Source: Microthyrium microscopicum (taxonomy: Eukaryota). From it: a DNA stretch of 64,000 bases. Below are positions 50,851 to 64,000 of this stretch, one piece after another (position 1 is the first letter of the stretch; each line of letters opens with the position of its first letter). The translations under genes and the position numbers were made by a program. The notes beneath the pieces were generated by a model. The model was not told the DNA's origin, searched no databases, and saw nothing but the letters and a program-made list of their open reading frames with translations. The stretch lies in assembly GCA_010405405.1 (NCBI GenBank), contig MU004236.1, positions 1,990,070 to 2,054,069 of the forward strand, written 5' to 3'.

Positions 50851-53748
50851 AGGAAATTAAGAAAGTTAGGAAGAGGGTCTAGCTTTAGCGCTTTAGCGCT
50901 CTAATATAGTATTAATAGACGTAAGCTAGAGTATATTAAATAAGGTATTAATAAGTCTAAAAATCTTAATAACCTTCTGCTTTAGTATATAGTTTAGCTT
51001 AATTTTAGTTGTAGGTTTATTACGTATTATAGCTACTATAAATAGCTACTTATTTAATTCGAATAATAGTAATAAGTGCCTAAATATAATATAGGATATA
51101 ATAGCTATAGGTATAAGTAAGAAGGAGTATAGTAAAGTATAAGGAACGTATTAAGAATATTAGCAGAAGATAAGGCGTATAAGAGTTAAGTTTAGTTTAA
51201 TGATAGTAATATTTTAGTAAGTTTTAGTTTAGTCGCGACTTTAGAGATATTCAGCCCTAAACCTATTAATAGTACTATTTAATATTCCTTTTTATTTAGC
51301 TGCTAAAAGCTTTTATAACATTATTATTAAGCTACTAAAGAATAATAACTTCTAAATCTTCTAAAAAAGCTCTTCTTATTAGCTACTAAAAACGAAAACT
51401 ATTTCTCTCTACGTTACTATTAATAAAAAGTCGTAATTAAGCTTATTACGTTAGTTTTATTACTTAAAGAATTAAACGCTTTTTAGTTAGTAACTATTAA
51501 GTTTACTACTAAGAACTAGCTTTATTATAATAAATTAGGCTACGAAAAATTCCTTACTTTATTTATAGCTTTAGGTCTTAATATTATAACGTGCAATAAA
51601 TGTTTCTATTAGATATATATTTAGTATAAGAAAGCTAAACATACTAGGTAAGGTGTTTAGTTATTATATCTTTTTAATAATATAATATAGAAAGATACTT
51701 AAACTTCTAAAATCTCCCATTCTTATTAATAGCTCCTATATCTTATTTTAGGATTACTCTAAATAATAGACACTATCTCTTTAACACGTGCTAAGATATT
51801 ACGATTCTAGACTAATAAGATATAATAACTATCTTAAAGATAAGGCTTTATAAGCTATACTTACACTAGCTACAGAGATAAATTAGTAGCATTGCAACGC
51901 TTATAAATTAATAATTAAACTAGATACTAGCTACTACTATATATAGTAAGCTATGCTTTTTAAGTTTTTGTCTTATATTAATATATTAAAAAATTAGTTA
52001 CAAATATAGTTAATTAGTTCTACTATATTTATAGCGTTAAGTAGAAGAAGTATTACTATCTATAGTAGAATAAGAATTAATTAGTTGCTAAAGCTAACGT
52101 AATTATTAATTAAGAGCTAGCTAGAAGATGACGAGTAGTACTAGTAGAGTAGGTTTAACGTATAAAAGAGGTAAGATAGGAGCTAATTAACTAATATTAA
52201 TATACTTATTTGCGATGACTTAAGAAGATTAGGCGTTAACGTCTAGAATGCACTATGCTAAAAAAAACCTAGCTTTATACCTACTAGGACGCGAAGAATA
52301 GATTTAAAAGCTCTAACTATAAAGTCTTACTTACTTAAAAATAGAGAAATTAAAGATACTTTAATAGGACTATGAATTCTATTAGGCTTATATTGAACTC
52401 TTACCCCTACTTTCCTTAAATAGTGTATTATCTATACCTATATCTCGTCCTTTCTCCCTATCTATTTAAAAAGAGATACTTTATATCTTTATATAATAAC
52501 TATCTCCTTATTACAAGCTTTACTGTTTATGGCTAAGAAGAGAAGATTTTTGCTATACTCTAACTAGACTATAATATAGTATACGTTATATAGATAGCTA
52601 TAGATTTAGCGCCCTATAAATATCTTAATATATATTAAAATACTACGCCTATATTTTCTCTTTCGTTATTAGTACTAGTATTAATAGCCTAACCGCTTTT
52701 AGAAAGACGCTAAGGCTCTACTTAAGAATCTAGTTTTTGCGTATTTATATAGTAACGACTTACTTATCTACTTCTAGGACTGTATCTTACTAAAGAGAGT
52801 CTAGTAATATAGTGTTTATAAGTTAGCTAATAGTCTGTTTAGTAGAATTAAGGTTTTACTAATAAGTAGTATAAGAGTCTAGGTAAACTTTATACTTAAG
52901 TTCAGTTTAATTAGTTTCTAAGGGAGATTCTGTGTCTAAGTCTAGGGCATTATTATTGTTCTCTTCTAGCTTAGGAATTAATTTAGCTAGCATAATAGCT
53001 TTAAGGAGTTAAGGAGTAGTTTAAGATTCTAGATATTCGTAATTTATATTTTTTAGATAGGAGCGTGCTTTAAATAAGGGTACTAAGAGAATTAAGTATA
53101 GTTTTTAGTTATCTTAAAGACTATAATATATAGTTTATAGTAGAATTAAATAAAAGATGCAATAGTATTATGATAAGTAGTAGTAAAGCTATTAATTAAC
53201 TAAGCAAGTTATTATGAATAAAGAAGGTTATTAGAAACTAAGATAATAAAGATATATAACGAAGGTAAATAGCTACTATTTTAATTATTACTATAAATAG
53301 TAGATAATTATTAGGTAACGTTTAGGTCTAGTAATTAGATAAGCTCTTTTTAAAAGCTTAAGGTAAAGTATAGAAAAGATATATATATTAGAAGTAAGAT
53401 AAAGAAGTAAAATAAGTTTAGATTACTATAAATACTAAAGAAAAAAGATTTAAAATTAATAACCTATTATTTTATTTGAAGAATTATGAATTAAAAGCTA
53501 TTAAAAAGAATGAATAATTTTACCTCTTATATATATACTATTCTACGTAAATATATATTCCTAAAGTTCTTAAGTTAATTTATTCTATCGTATTTTATAT
53601 TATACTAACTATTATATTTAAGTCTATAACTAATACTAACGAAACTAAATTACTTAAGAAATAATATTATAATAATAATAATAATACTTAGTAATCTATA
53701 AAATATACGACTCTTAGGTAATAAAACGTTTATTAGACCTTTATTTTA

Positions 53749-56700
53749 CTATATATCTTCGTTATTATTGCTATTATTTTCTTTGCTATTATTGCTAGTT
53801 TCTTCTTTGCTATTTTTGCTAGTCTCCTACTTACCTTCTCTACTACTATCTAGTTTATCTTCTCTATTTTTTACTTCTTTTCTATTACTACGTTTTATTC
53901 TCTTTGCCCTATTAGTAAGCTTCTTAAAATAAACTTTAATCTAGGCTTTATAAAGCTCTCTATTCTTTCTTTCTAGGGCCTTATGTCTTGTTATAGTTTT
54001 AGCCTTAGCTACCTTAATTCCTTATTTACTAAAGATAATTAGGTTATATATTCTAGTATAATTATTATAATTAGAGTATAAATTTAACTAATAATAATTA
54101 AGATACTTTAAGTCTCTATAAGAAACTATATATATAATAATTAATAGTTTGTTTAGTTTATATATTTTCAACTTTATAACTAGCTTAAATAATATAAGAC
54201 CTAATAGCCTATTAAACGTAAGTTTTATAGCTTTTCCTAAAATTAGTATATACTCTTAAACTAAAGCTATAAGAAATCTAGCGTATTTATGTTATAATTT
54301 AAAATCTCTTATTATTTAATTTATATTATATACTATATAAATAATAAGTAGTTATATAGGAAGTTAACCTAAAAGACTAAAATTATTATTAAGCTTTTTC
54401 TTAGATATGGGATAGGCTTAAGCCTATATAAAGTTACGTCGCTAGTAATTCTTAGTTAAGACTTTACTATACTATTAATTATTATCCTTACCTTTCTACT
54501 ATTCCTATTTATAGTAGGCTATAAAGGGTTACGTATTGTTCTTATTATTATCTATTACGTAGGTTATGCTACTATATAATATTATAATAAGGTAACTTAG
54601 CTAGAGAGCGTTAGGATATAATACTTTACTAGAGTATATAAAGTCTAGTCTGTCGTTAATAAAATCTTTATTTAAATATATTTCTTTACTCTATATATAT
54701 AATAGTATTAGCTTTAGAAAAGACTAGTGCTTCTTAAGGTCTTCTTTGTAGCAATTAATTAACTAGCTATATAAATAACTCTTAAGGTTGTTAAGCTTAG
54801 CCTATTTGCTAACATTCCTAGTAAAAAGTATACTAGATTTATAAATACCCTTATTATATAGCTCGTCTATATAATATAATTAGAGTTATAAACTATATTT
54901 AGGTATACTTAATAAAATAATTATAAGATAAGTTCTTTTAGATATAATCTTCTTCTTAGTAATATTATAGACTTAATAGTTATAGTTATTATTATTATTC
55001 TAGATTATATTCTTAATATGATTAGTAAGATAGTAGATTATTTAAACGTGCTAACTAAGTTAAAAGTTAGTCTATTTTGTTGCTAATATAGTATACTCCT
55101 AATATAACTTTTTTATAATATTAGAACTAGTTCTATCTATAGTGCTAAATATATGAATAGATAGTGCAAAGTAGATTAGGTTATAAAACTTAGGGAAATT
55201 AAGCCCTTTAAACCTAGCTTAAGAAGTCTTATATTTATATATTACTATTTTAGTGTATTCTATAATTTATAAATAGACTTATATATATTTAAGTATATTC
55301 TTATTATGTAACTTATAGCTAGAAAGTATAATAATATTTATTAAAGCTTTAATAAATTTTATTATAATTAGGTCCTTTGGGTTTAAAAGTAGAGCTAAGG
55401 TAGCTATAAGTTACTTTGAAAGTATTTATAATTCTAAGCTAGTCTTTTATTAAACGTTATAGTAGCCTTAGGCTATTCTTAGAAAGCCTAGATAAATAGG
55501 ACACTATAGAAACCTATAATTAATTATAGACTTTATTTTTACGCTAAATATAAACTTCTTTTTTTTCCTCTTCTATTTAGTCTTTAGTATATTGCTATTC
55601 TTCCTTTTAGTCTTTAGCGTCTTATAAGTATAAATTTTTTATATAGCTCTATTATTCTTTATTTTAGCTATTAGTACTATAGATATTACTAGTACTCTCT
55701 TTTCTAAAATAATTTAGGCTGTCTAGTCTATTGCTTACTTAACTAGTCTATTTAAAAAGAATATATATAGTAAATTAAAAGTAATTACTATGTGAATATT
55801 TAATAAAGAATAATTCTAAGTAAAATTATAAATTTTATAAACATAGTCTTTGCCTTTAGTATTATTAGTAGTAGTAAGCTACTTAGTATACTCTCTTTTT
55901 TAATTAGTGTAGCGAAGTACTTCCTACTTTAATATATTCTTTTACGAAGTTATATAAGTCTGATAGGCCTATTTGCTAGTAAGGTCTTACTAATATAATT
56001 ATAGTACTAAGTAAATAGGATAGTAATGTTTAGACTAGATACTTGTAATTATAATAAGCTCTTTATAATCCGTACTTACGTAAGTAAGAATTAGAAGATA
56101 TCTTTAAAACTAGCTATTAGTAGTTACTATAACGTAATTACTCTTAGGGACTATTCTAAATTCTATATTTTATTAGTAAATAGCTTTATAATACTTAAAC
56201 GCGTAGTATTAAACTTTTAAATATAATATCTATAGCGTTATAAAATATTTTAAGTTTGTTATTAACGTTTATACCTTTTAACCTAAGGAATACTATAATA
56301 GAAAGAAATCCTAGTCTTTCTATAGCTCTTCTAATACTTCCTAATAGATTAAAAATAGTTATATAGTAAGCCTATATATAGTTGTTACTATGTTATTTAG
56401 ATATTGTAGTCTTATCTAACCCCTAGTAAATAAGGATAAGCATAATACCTAAATTAACCTTATCTTATAATTCTTACTATCTTTCTACTAATTAAGTATT
56501 AGTATAGATATGCTTACTATCTTTATCCTTTTATATTATAGGCTTAAAGTAGAGGTCTTTAGTAAAAGGCTTATAGAAGATAAAGAATTTAATAACCTCT
56601 AAGATACTCTAAAAGTATACTTTGACTTTACTACCTAAAAGATTTTTAATACTTTTTATTTTATTATATAATAGCCTCTTAAGTATTACTTTCTACTAAT

Positions 56701-57700
56701 TAAGTATAAAGCCTTTAAGGTTATTAATATTTTCTATTAGTAATTTGTAATCCTTTGCTTTCTAACTAAGTAAGTTATGTATTTTACTCCTAAAGACTAT
56801 TTCCTAGAATAACTTGTTTACTTTATTCTTTAACGTACTACTAGAAACTACCTAACTAGTAAACTTTAGTTCTTTCTTTAGTTAACTCTATAGCTTTACT
56901 CCTCTATAGAGCTTTTCTTTCTTTAAATAATAATATTAGTACTCTATCTTAATAATATCTTAGGGTAGTAGCTTATACTTATTAATCTAATTGTAGCTTT
57001 CGTTAGTTCTATAGGCTAGTATAGGTATATTTATTAGATATTTTAGATTTTATTATAAGTATATAATAACTTTATTAACTATATATTATATACTACTCTT
57101 AGACTTTTAAGACTTATTAGCCTTATCTATCCTATTTTATAAACTATATTTATACTATATTAAAGTAGTAACTCTTTTTGTAGCTTTAAGGGTAGCTAAA
57201 GATAAAGGTATAGTAAAAAGTGTAATTATTTTATCTTTTATTATAGACGTTTTAGACGTAGTATAGTTATAACTAGGATAAGTAGTAGATCTTATACTAG
57301 TAGAGGGACTATTTATAAAGAGTTCTTTTATTAGAGTTTCTATTACTAGTATTAACCTTTATACTTAATTAAAAGGCCTTTAGAGGCGATTATAAAGGTT
57401 TGCGGTAAAGAGGAACTATATACCATTTAGAAGACTTAATATACCTATATTTAAGAAGATTAGTTTATAAGAATAGTAATATAACTTATTTAGGTTAAAT
57501 ATATACTAGGGGACTAAAACGTATAAGTTAGATAGGTCTATATTTAATTGCCTTTCTTTATTATTATACGCAATACTAGAAGAGTTATACTAGTATATTA
57601 ACTTCTATATCTATTTTATCCTTATTAACTTTTAAAGATATAGGTATATTTTTAGTATATAAGTAGTAAATCTAGTATTAAATTTATACTAGTAATAATT
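53749..57700 (-). mobile_element. Plavaka-type DNA transposase, RIP-inactivated (5' boundary approximate)
   Basis: Reconstruction at ~56280-56640 gives VYFRSILEVIEFFIFHKPF.EDLYFEP..DEDGERIYT....RW.ELQDKV..G..LIPIYWGSDKT.MS.QHGD..AW..YMTIFNL...RRA.ERPG, matching the Plavaka core (Y.D...FL..H.PF..DL...P...G.R.Y..WW..Q...P....SDKT.....GD..AWP.Y.TIGN). C-terminal WRRDF.W.Q motif (~54420) and acidic tail ending at 53749. Confidence 0.82.
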
Positions 57701-60536
57701 AGCGTTTGATTTTACTTAGTATTCTAAGGCTTAAGTAGTAGAGTTAATTTCTAAGAATATTACCTAATAATATTTTATTATATATATAATATACCTTTAC
57801 TTACTAGATATTTCTAAACGTGCTAGATATTTTTAGATATTTTAGATAGCTAGTACTAAGACTAAGTAAGAATACTAGCTAATCTTATATAACTAATAAA
57901 TTATAATATTATACTAGAGATATATTATATAACTTTATATTATTAATTACTAGCTTAGTAAGTTAACTTTTCTAGTAATAGTACTATTCTATCTACCTTT
58001 TTAGTCTAACTCCCTTATATATCCTTTTTTATTAAATTTTTCTACCTATATAATCTCTTTATTCTAAACCTTTTTTCTATTTAGTACTAACTATTATACT
58101 ATCTAAGTTAGTTAATTAATTAGCTAAATGAACTTTACTTTAAACTTAAACCTTCTTACTATCCTTTTCCTTATTACTATTTCTTACTACTAATCTTTAC
58201 TAACTTTACCTTCTTTATTAGCTTTATTAGCTTTAAATTCTTTATTCTTAGGTTTAAAACTATAAAGTAAGGTTAGTTCTATAAGATCTCTAATTACTTC
58301 TAGTTCTTTAAGTATAATAGTTTTAATCTTTTTATGTATATTTAGCTCTTTCTTGTGATAAGAAATTACTCTATTAAAGTTAAGAATATTAAGTTTCTCT
58401 AAATTTTAATAAGAGTAATTATTAATAAATAGTATATACTATATATAGCTATTATTAATAAAATATTTTAGCAATCTACTAAGTATAGATTATTTGAACT
58501 CTTCCTATCTCTTAGCACTAGGGGCTATTATAGTACTATAAAGCTTTAAGTTACTAAAGAATAAGGATAAGTAGCCTTAAGATACTATAGTATTTATTTA
58601 TAGGTTTTCTATAAAGAAACTAGTGTAATCTTTTTGAACGAGATTAATAAGATTCTAATTACGCTTAGTACTAAAGCTGTTGTCGTAGGTAGTTATTAGA
58701 ACCTAGCTAAATTACGAAGGTATATCTTAATAGTCTTACTAGGTATACGTATAATTATCCTAAATATACGTAGTAACTTATTTAAGTAGCTAATCTTTAG
58801 TTTTAGTATAGAGGCTAATTTGCGTAAGGTAAGGAGTAATAACTATAGTATTAACGCTTTTTAATTGTATCTATAGTAGAAGTTTAATCTATATAAAGGC
58901 TATAATATAAGCGTTATGAGTATTAGAACTTAAACTAATGACGTCCTTTTTAACTTTACTATCTTTAATATTTATAAATATTGTGAGTAGCGTGTCTTTT
59001 CTGTGTTCTAAGAATAGGAAGAGCTAGCTTATAATATATTATAGTTAGTTAAATTTAAGGTTATTATTGTTAATATATTTAAGAATTTTATAGCTTATGT
59101 TATTAAGGAAATTATAGTGTGATAAATTAAATCTAAATACCCGTTTTAGTATAGTTTAGCTAAAGCTATTTACTATAGCGTTATATATTAATAGTGCTTA
59201 AGAACTGTTACGAAATGTAGCTTTTTTATATTTAAGATTATAGATAGGTCTAAGCTAGAATAGATCTCTAGTCTATATAATTATTTAAGGTCTATATAGA
59301 GATATAATAGCTATTATCTATAATCTATATAATGCTACTATTTTATTATAAATTTATAAGTTAATACCTATAAAATTTGCTTAGAAAAGCTCTTATAGGG
59401 CGTTATAGTTTATAAAACTAAGAAGAGTGATTATTAATTATAAATAATATTACTTTATATCTAATAATAGTTTGCTATAATTAGCGCTCTCTAACTTTAA
59501 GAGCTTCTTCTCGCTATAATACTTTTCATTAAGAATTTAGAGGTTAAAAGTATAATTAAGCGACTTTTTAATAACTATATCTATATCGTATTTTTGCTTT
59601 CCTATTACTAAGTTAATTATGCTAATTATCTTACTAGCTTAATCTATGAATTCCCTAAATGAGTATTTAAAACGTTTAATATAACGATTATGGATACTTT
59701 TAAAGTCTTAATGTTTAGTATTTATGTGGAGTTACTATAAATAGTAAGCACTATGCTATTTAGTAAGTAATACTATTTTAGTATCTAAAATATTAGTGCT
59801 GTAGTTATCTATGTCGTCTATGTTCTACTATTGCGTACTAGGACCTTAATTTTAGTAGACTTAGATTTGTGCCTCTTTTGATTTCTTTAAAACAATAGAT
59901 TTCTCTATCTTAATTAAGTATCCTTAGATAGCAAAAAATTGTAAAAGGTTCATAGGATTAACTTCTATGTAGATATTTATATACTTAGTAATAAGGTTAT
60001 TTAATTATGTGTTTATAGTATATGTAGCCAAAATCTTTATCTTAAAATTAAGATAAAATATTATAAGGGCGATTAATATTGCTATTATAGCTTTTATAGT
60101 TTTAGTCTTGCCGTATTCTAGCCTAATATAGTAAATATTAAGTCTACCCTTACTGCCTTTTAAAAGAACAATATTAATGAACTCTTTTTGATCCTTATAA
60201 AGAGCCTTTATAATACTAATCTATTCTACCTTTTTTATAAGATTTTGAATCTCTTTTAAGGTAATTCTAAAGTTAGTCTTTAGTAATTATGTAGAAGTAG
60301 CTATACCTAGTCCTATAAAAGTACTTAGTAACTAGTACTAATTATTATTAATATTAGTATTATTAATATTAGTAGTATTATTATTATTATTATTATTATT
60401 AATATTACTATTATTAGTATTATTAGTATTTTTTATAGGCGTAATCTTGTTGTCTAACTATTTATTAGAATTAAAAATATCTTTAGGTATATCTTTATAG
60501 GTATTATTATTATTATTATTATCGTTATTAGCGTCG

Positions 60537-60640
60537 TTAGCTATATTTAATTACTAACCCTATTTATTATTAGCTACTTTTAATTACTAACTCTATTCGT
60601 TATTAGCTACTTTTAATTACTAACCCTATTCGCTATTAGC
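60537..60640. repeat. 33-bp tandem repeat x3 within the helicase gene
   Basis: 'ttagctacttttaattactaaccctattcgtta' three times; length is a multiple of 3. Confidence 0.75.
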
Positions 60641-60689
60641 TTTAGTAACCTTTAGCTTAGTCTATTAATCCTAAGCTTAAGACTCTGTG

Positions 60690-61095
60690 GAGGGGGAGGT
60701 GCTATTATTAGTAGAATAGAGGGGCGCTGCTGTAGTAGTATTTAGGGATTCTATATTAACGTTGTCTTAGACGGAGGGGGAGGAAGGACGAAAGGTATTG
60801 TTATTAGTAGAATAGAGAGGCGCCGCTGTAGTAGTATCTAGGGATTCTATATTAATGTTATCTTAAATAGAGGGGGAGGAAGGATAAGAAGTATTATCGT
60901 TATTAAGATAGAGGGGCGCCGCTATAGTAGTATCTAGGAATTCTATATTAACGTTGTCTTAGATGGAGGGGCGGGGAGGCTAAGAGGTGCTATTATTAGT
61001 AGAATAGAGGGGCGCTGCTATAGTAGTATCTAGAGATTCTATATTAATATTGTCTTGGACGGAGGGGAAGGGAGAACGAGAAATACTATTATTAT
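60690..61095 (-). repeat. 96-bp (32-codon) Pro/Thr/Asp-rich tandem repeat x4 within the helicase gene
   Basis: Anchor 'ggcgc' at 60723, 60819, 60915 and 61011. Minus-strand unit reads approximately PPPSVQDNVN.ESLDTTTAAPL.STNNSTFRP. Confidence 0.85.
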
Positions 61096-64000
61096 TAGCT
61101 TTAAATTCCTATTTAAACTAAGATTTAGTTATATAGTTAGATAAATCTAGATTAAGTAGCTTATTAATTAGCTTTTATAAAGTAGAACTACTGCTTATTT
61201 TCTTTAAAGTTTCTTTAGTCTAACTAGTTAAAGGTTTTAACGTGTTATTCTTAATATTACTAGAGAATAAGCTACTTAATAGAGTATCCTTTTATACCTT
61301 ATTAACCTTTATAGTTAACTTTTTTAGTGTATTAGTATCTATTAATACTTCTTTAGTACGCTTTAATATAATACTAAACTCTACCTTTCTAAGGAGTAAG
61401 GGTAAGGTATAGATAGTAAGAATCTTCTCTAATAAAGGCTAATGTTCTAAGAAGTCTAGGTATAAGCTAAGTACTATAGTAAAGTAGTAATCTAGGTTAT
61501 ATTCTTTTTGTCTTAACTACGCTTAGTTAAGATTATTTATTTAGCATATAATAGGCTTATCTAAATTATATATATATACCTTAACCTCTAGCCCTTTTAG
61601 TTTAAGGAAGGCCTTGCGTAGATTCTTAATTAATTAGCTATAGTCTAGGGGAATAATAACTTCTTTAAGGATTTAGAATAAAGAGAATTAAGTATTATTA
61701 GTATATTTATTATTAGGTATAATAGAAGGATGATATATAATTATAAGCACGTTATAGGTAGCTTAAATATTATAGTTTTGGTTAATAACTTTAGTAGTAA
61801 ATTAAGAACCCTTAAGTCTAGCTCCTAGCTTAAGTTAGATTATATAGACGTTATTCTCTTAAAAATAAGGATATTTATGTCTATTTACTATAATATAGAA
61901 ATTAAGGCTTACTAGGAATTTATAGTCTTTACCTTCTAGTATTCTAGTAGCACATAATATAGTATTATAGGGAGCCTTATTCTATTTATACGCCTAATAA
62001 AGCTATTCTGCTAGATCTATACTCTAGGCTATAAATAGATGTAGGACTAAAGGATAGACTATGTGTAACAAACTCGTAATTCTGTTATTCTTTGCTTTTA
62101 TAAGATTATTATAATTATCTAGAAAAGTAATATAATCCTTCTATGGGCTAAAGACGCTATTTATAAATAGATAATTAATATTAGTAGGAATAATATCTAG
62201 ATTAGTTTATGTGCCTTAAGAGATTAGCTAAGGAAGATTCTTTTTTATAAGTATAGCTAAGCTGGCATTAACCTTAAAGAACTAGAAGACTATGGGGTAC
62301 TAATTCTAAATAGTATATTAGAGATAGTGGAGAAGTAGATTAAATTTAGTATCCTTGCTGCTAACTATTAAATTGCTAATTATAGTAGAGTAGACTTAAA
62401 AAAAGTTGTTTAATAGGTTAGGGTATATCTTAATAATAAGTATAGTTATATAGCCTATAGCTAATATACTTCTATAATATTTAATGTCTTAATTAATCTT
62501 GTAAGCTAACTAGACGAGTTACTTTTCTAAGATAACTGTAGGAAACTTAATAACTATTTAGTCTATCTTTTTCTTCTTTATAATTAGATTATTTAGTAAG
62601 AAATAAATGGTTTTAACTATTAGAGTTATAATATTTTCTTATATATTATTTTTGTTTTTATTAACTTTAAAAGTATTTCTCTTGTCTTTAAGATATAGGT
62701 AAATAGTTAAGGTTAATATAAACTAAGTAACTTATTTATTATTCTTTATTATAGAGAATTGTGTTTTAATATTAGAAACTATAGCCTATTAATGCTTCTT
62801 TTTTAATCTACGTATATATTTAGGCTTACTAATAGTATTATCTTAATTAACTTTATTATTAATGCTATTACCTAAGTATTAATTTGCTTTATTAATTAGA
62901 TTATCTCTACTAAGAGCTACCTTTAGACCTTTCTTTAGTATATCTTCTAGATAAGGCTTATCTAAATATACTTATAAGCTATAAATTTGCTAGATTAAAG
63001 GCTTGCCGTTAGATAGATTTACTATAAGATTGTAGATAGTGTATTAAGGATTCTTAGGATCTATTTAAGATATTAGTATAAGGGTATATTTAGAGGCTTT
63101 TAAACTATTCTAGACTTTTGCTTTACCTTTGTTCTTAGTTTTAGGATTTTATTTACTTAAGTCTAAGAATATAGGTAAAGGATCCTTTTTAGCTAGGTAG
63201 GCAAAAATAGCTATAGAATCTAGTTTATATAAGTAATTAGCTAAGGATAAGGGAACGAATTTCTTTAAACTTATATTTTAATAACCTTAGAATTATTTAG
63301 CTTACTATCCTTATAAGGAGCGCAAGTTTTACGCTAATTAGGAAGAAGTTTTAGGATTATAATAGCTAGATGGCTAAAGATCTTAGTAGGAATTTCGTCT
63401 TTACCTATATCTTAGCTATAGATTTAGCTATTATAATTATATACTAATTGTTAAGTACGTAAAGTATTATAAGTAGCTATACTTATGATAAGTAGAGTAA
63501 GAATTAAGGAAGAGATAGAAAATATAAAGGATTTAGGTAGTGTTTTCTTTAAGGAAGGAGAAGTATTAAGAAGAGAAGATAAATAATAATAATAAAAGTA
63601 ATAACTTACTTACTATACTAAAGCCTAAAGGCGTAACTACTAAAAGTTAGCTATTTAGCCTAAACTTTAGGTTACTAAGCTATACTATCTATAAAAGAAT
63701 AAACTTAAGGAATTATTTAAAAGGACTTATTTAATTCTTATAATTACGAAAGATAGTAAGAAAGAGAGGTAATAATAAGAAAGAGGTTATAAGAATAAAA
63801 TAAAGAATTGCTCTCTCTACTAGAAACGCGACTAGAAGTTTATCTATTAATAGAGTTATTATAAAGCTATGCTATTCTGTATATAATAACTAAGTATAAG
63901 ATAGATTTAAAAGAACTTATTTAATCTAGTAATTATAGAATAGTAGTAAGAGAATAATAGTAAGAGAGATTTAGTAATAAGAAGATAGAAATATTCCTTC

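Larger units (their letters stand above)
58190..63450 (-). pseudogene. Large RIP-inactivated gene with a C-terminal Upf1/DNA2/NAM7-type superfamily-1 helicase (AAA_11/AAA_12-like); 5' boundary approximate
   Basis: Motifs in correct order: DQKEF, RLEYGKT (=GPGCGKT, Walker A, ~60105-60125), KILAT...N...NNL (Ia), YNK (=HDE, II, ~59345), TRDLF*LRP (=TGDPFQLGP, III, ~59250-59273), IVITPYLTQI (=VITPY.AQ, ~58820-58847), INTIVS*GY (=MNA.VSRGR, VI, ~58570-58598). Confidence 0.8.
21240..64000. other. AT-rich, RIP-mutated repeat block (heterochromatin-like)
   Basis: Abrupt loss of long ORFs. TpA is strongly enriched and CpA/TpG nearly absent while CpG partly survives. Recognisable TE motifs differ from family consensus almost only by C>T and G>A. 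Confidence 0.95.

Noticed and set aside
58190..63450. Helitron RepHel or Starship captain as the mobiliser
   Set aside because: Helicase motifs are Upf1-type. I could not recognise HUH Rep motifs or a DUF3435 tyrosine recombinase anywhere in the window.

Overview
Filamentous ascomycete (Pezizomycotina-type) genomic DNA in two sharply separated compartments. Bases 1 to ~21,240 are balanced-GC and gene-dense, with six intron-bearing or single-exon genes. These are a head-to-head pair of paralogous Cys/His-finger plus F-box-like genes (one broken by a single in-frame TAA where the paralog has Gln), a Gyp8/TBC1D20-like RabGAP, an Mms1/DDB1-like beta-propeller protein, a CYA-5/Pet309-like PPR protein and a DHA1-type MFS transporter. 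From ~21,240 to 64,000 the DNA is very AT-rich with a classic RIP signature. Reversing C>T/G>A changes by eye reveals a Tc1/IS630 transposase and two nested Ty3/Gypsy chromoviruses (LTRs, TSD, PPT and a Tf1-like self-priming PBS resolved). It also reveals a 110-bp satellite spanning an assembly gap and a ~13 kb mosaic of shuffled host-gene fragments. The mosaic contains four Argonaute (QDE-2-like) pieces in both orientations, from at least two paralogs, and triplicated DUF3638/DUF3645-family pieces. It is followed by a Plavaka-type transposase and a co-oriented Upf1/DNA2-type SF1 helicase. The Argonaute mosaic next to the Plavaka-helicase module is the best candidate for an undescribed system. 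All protein calls in the RIP region are manual reconstructions and need HMM/BLAST confirmation.
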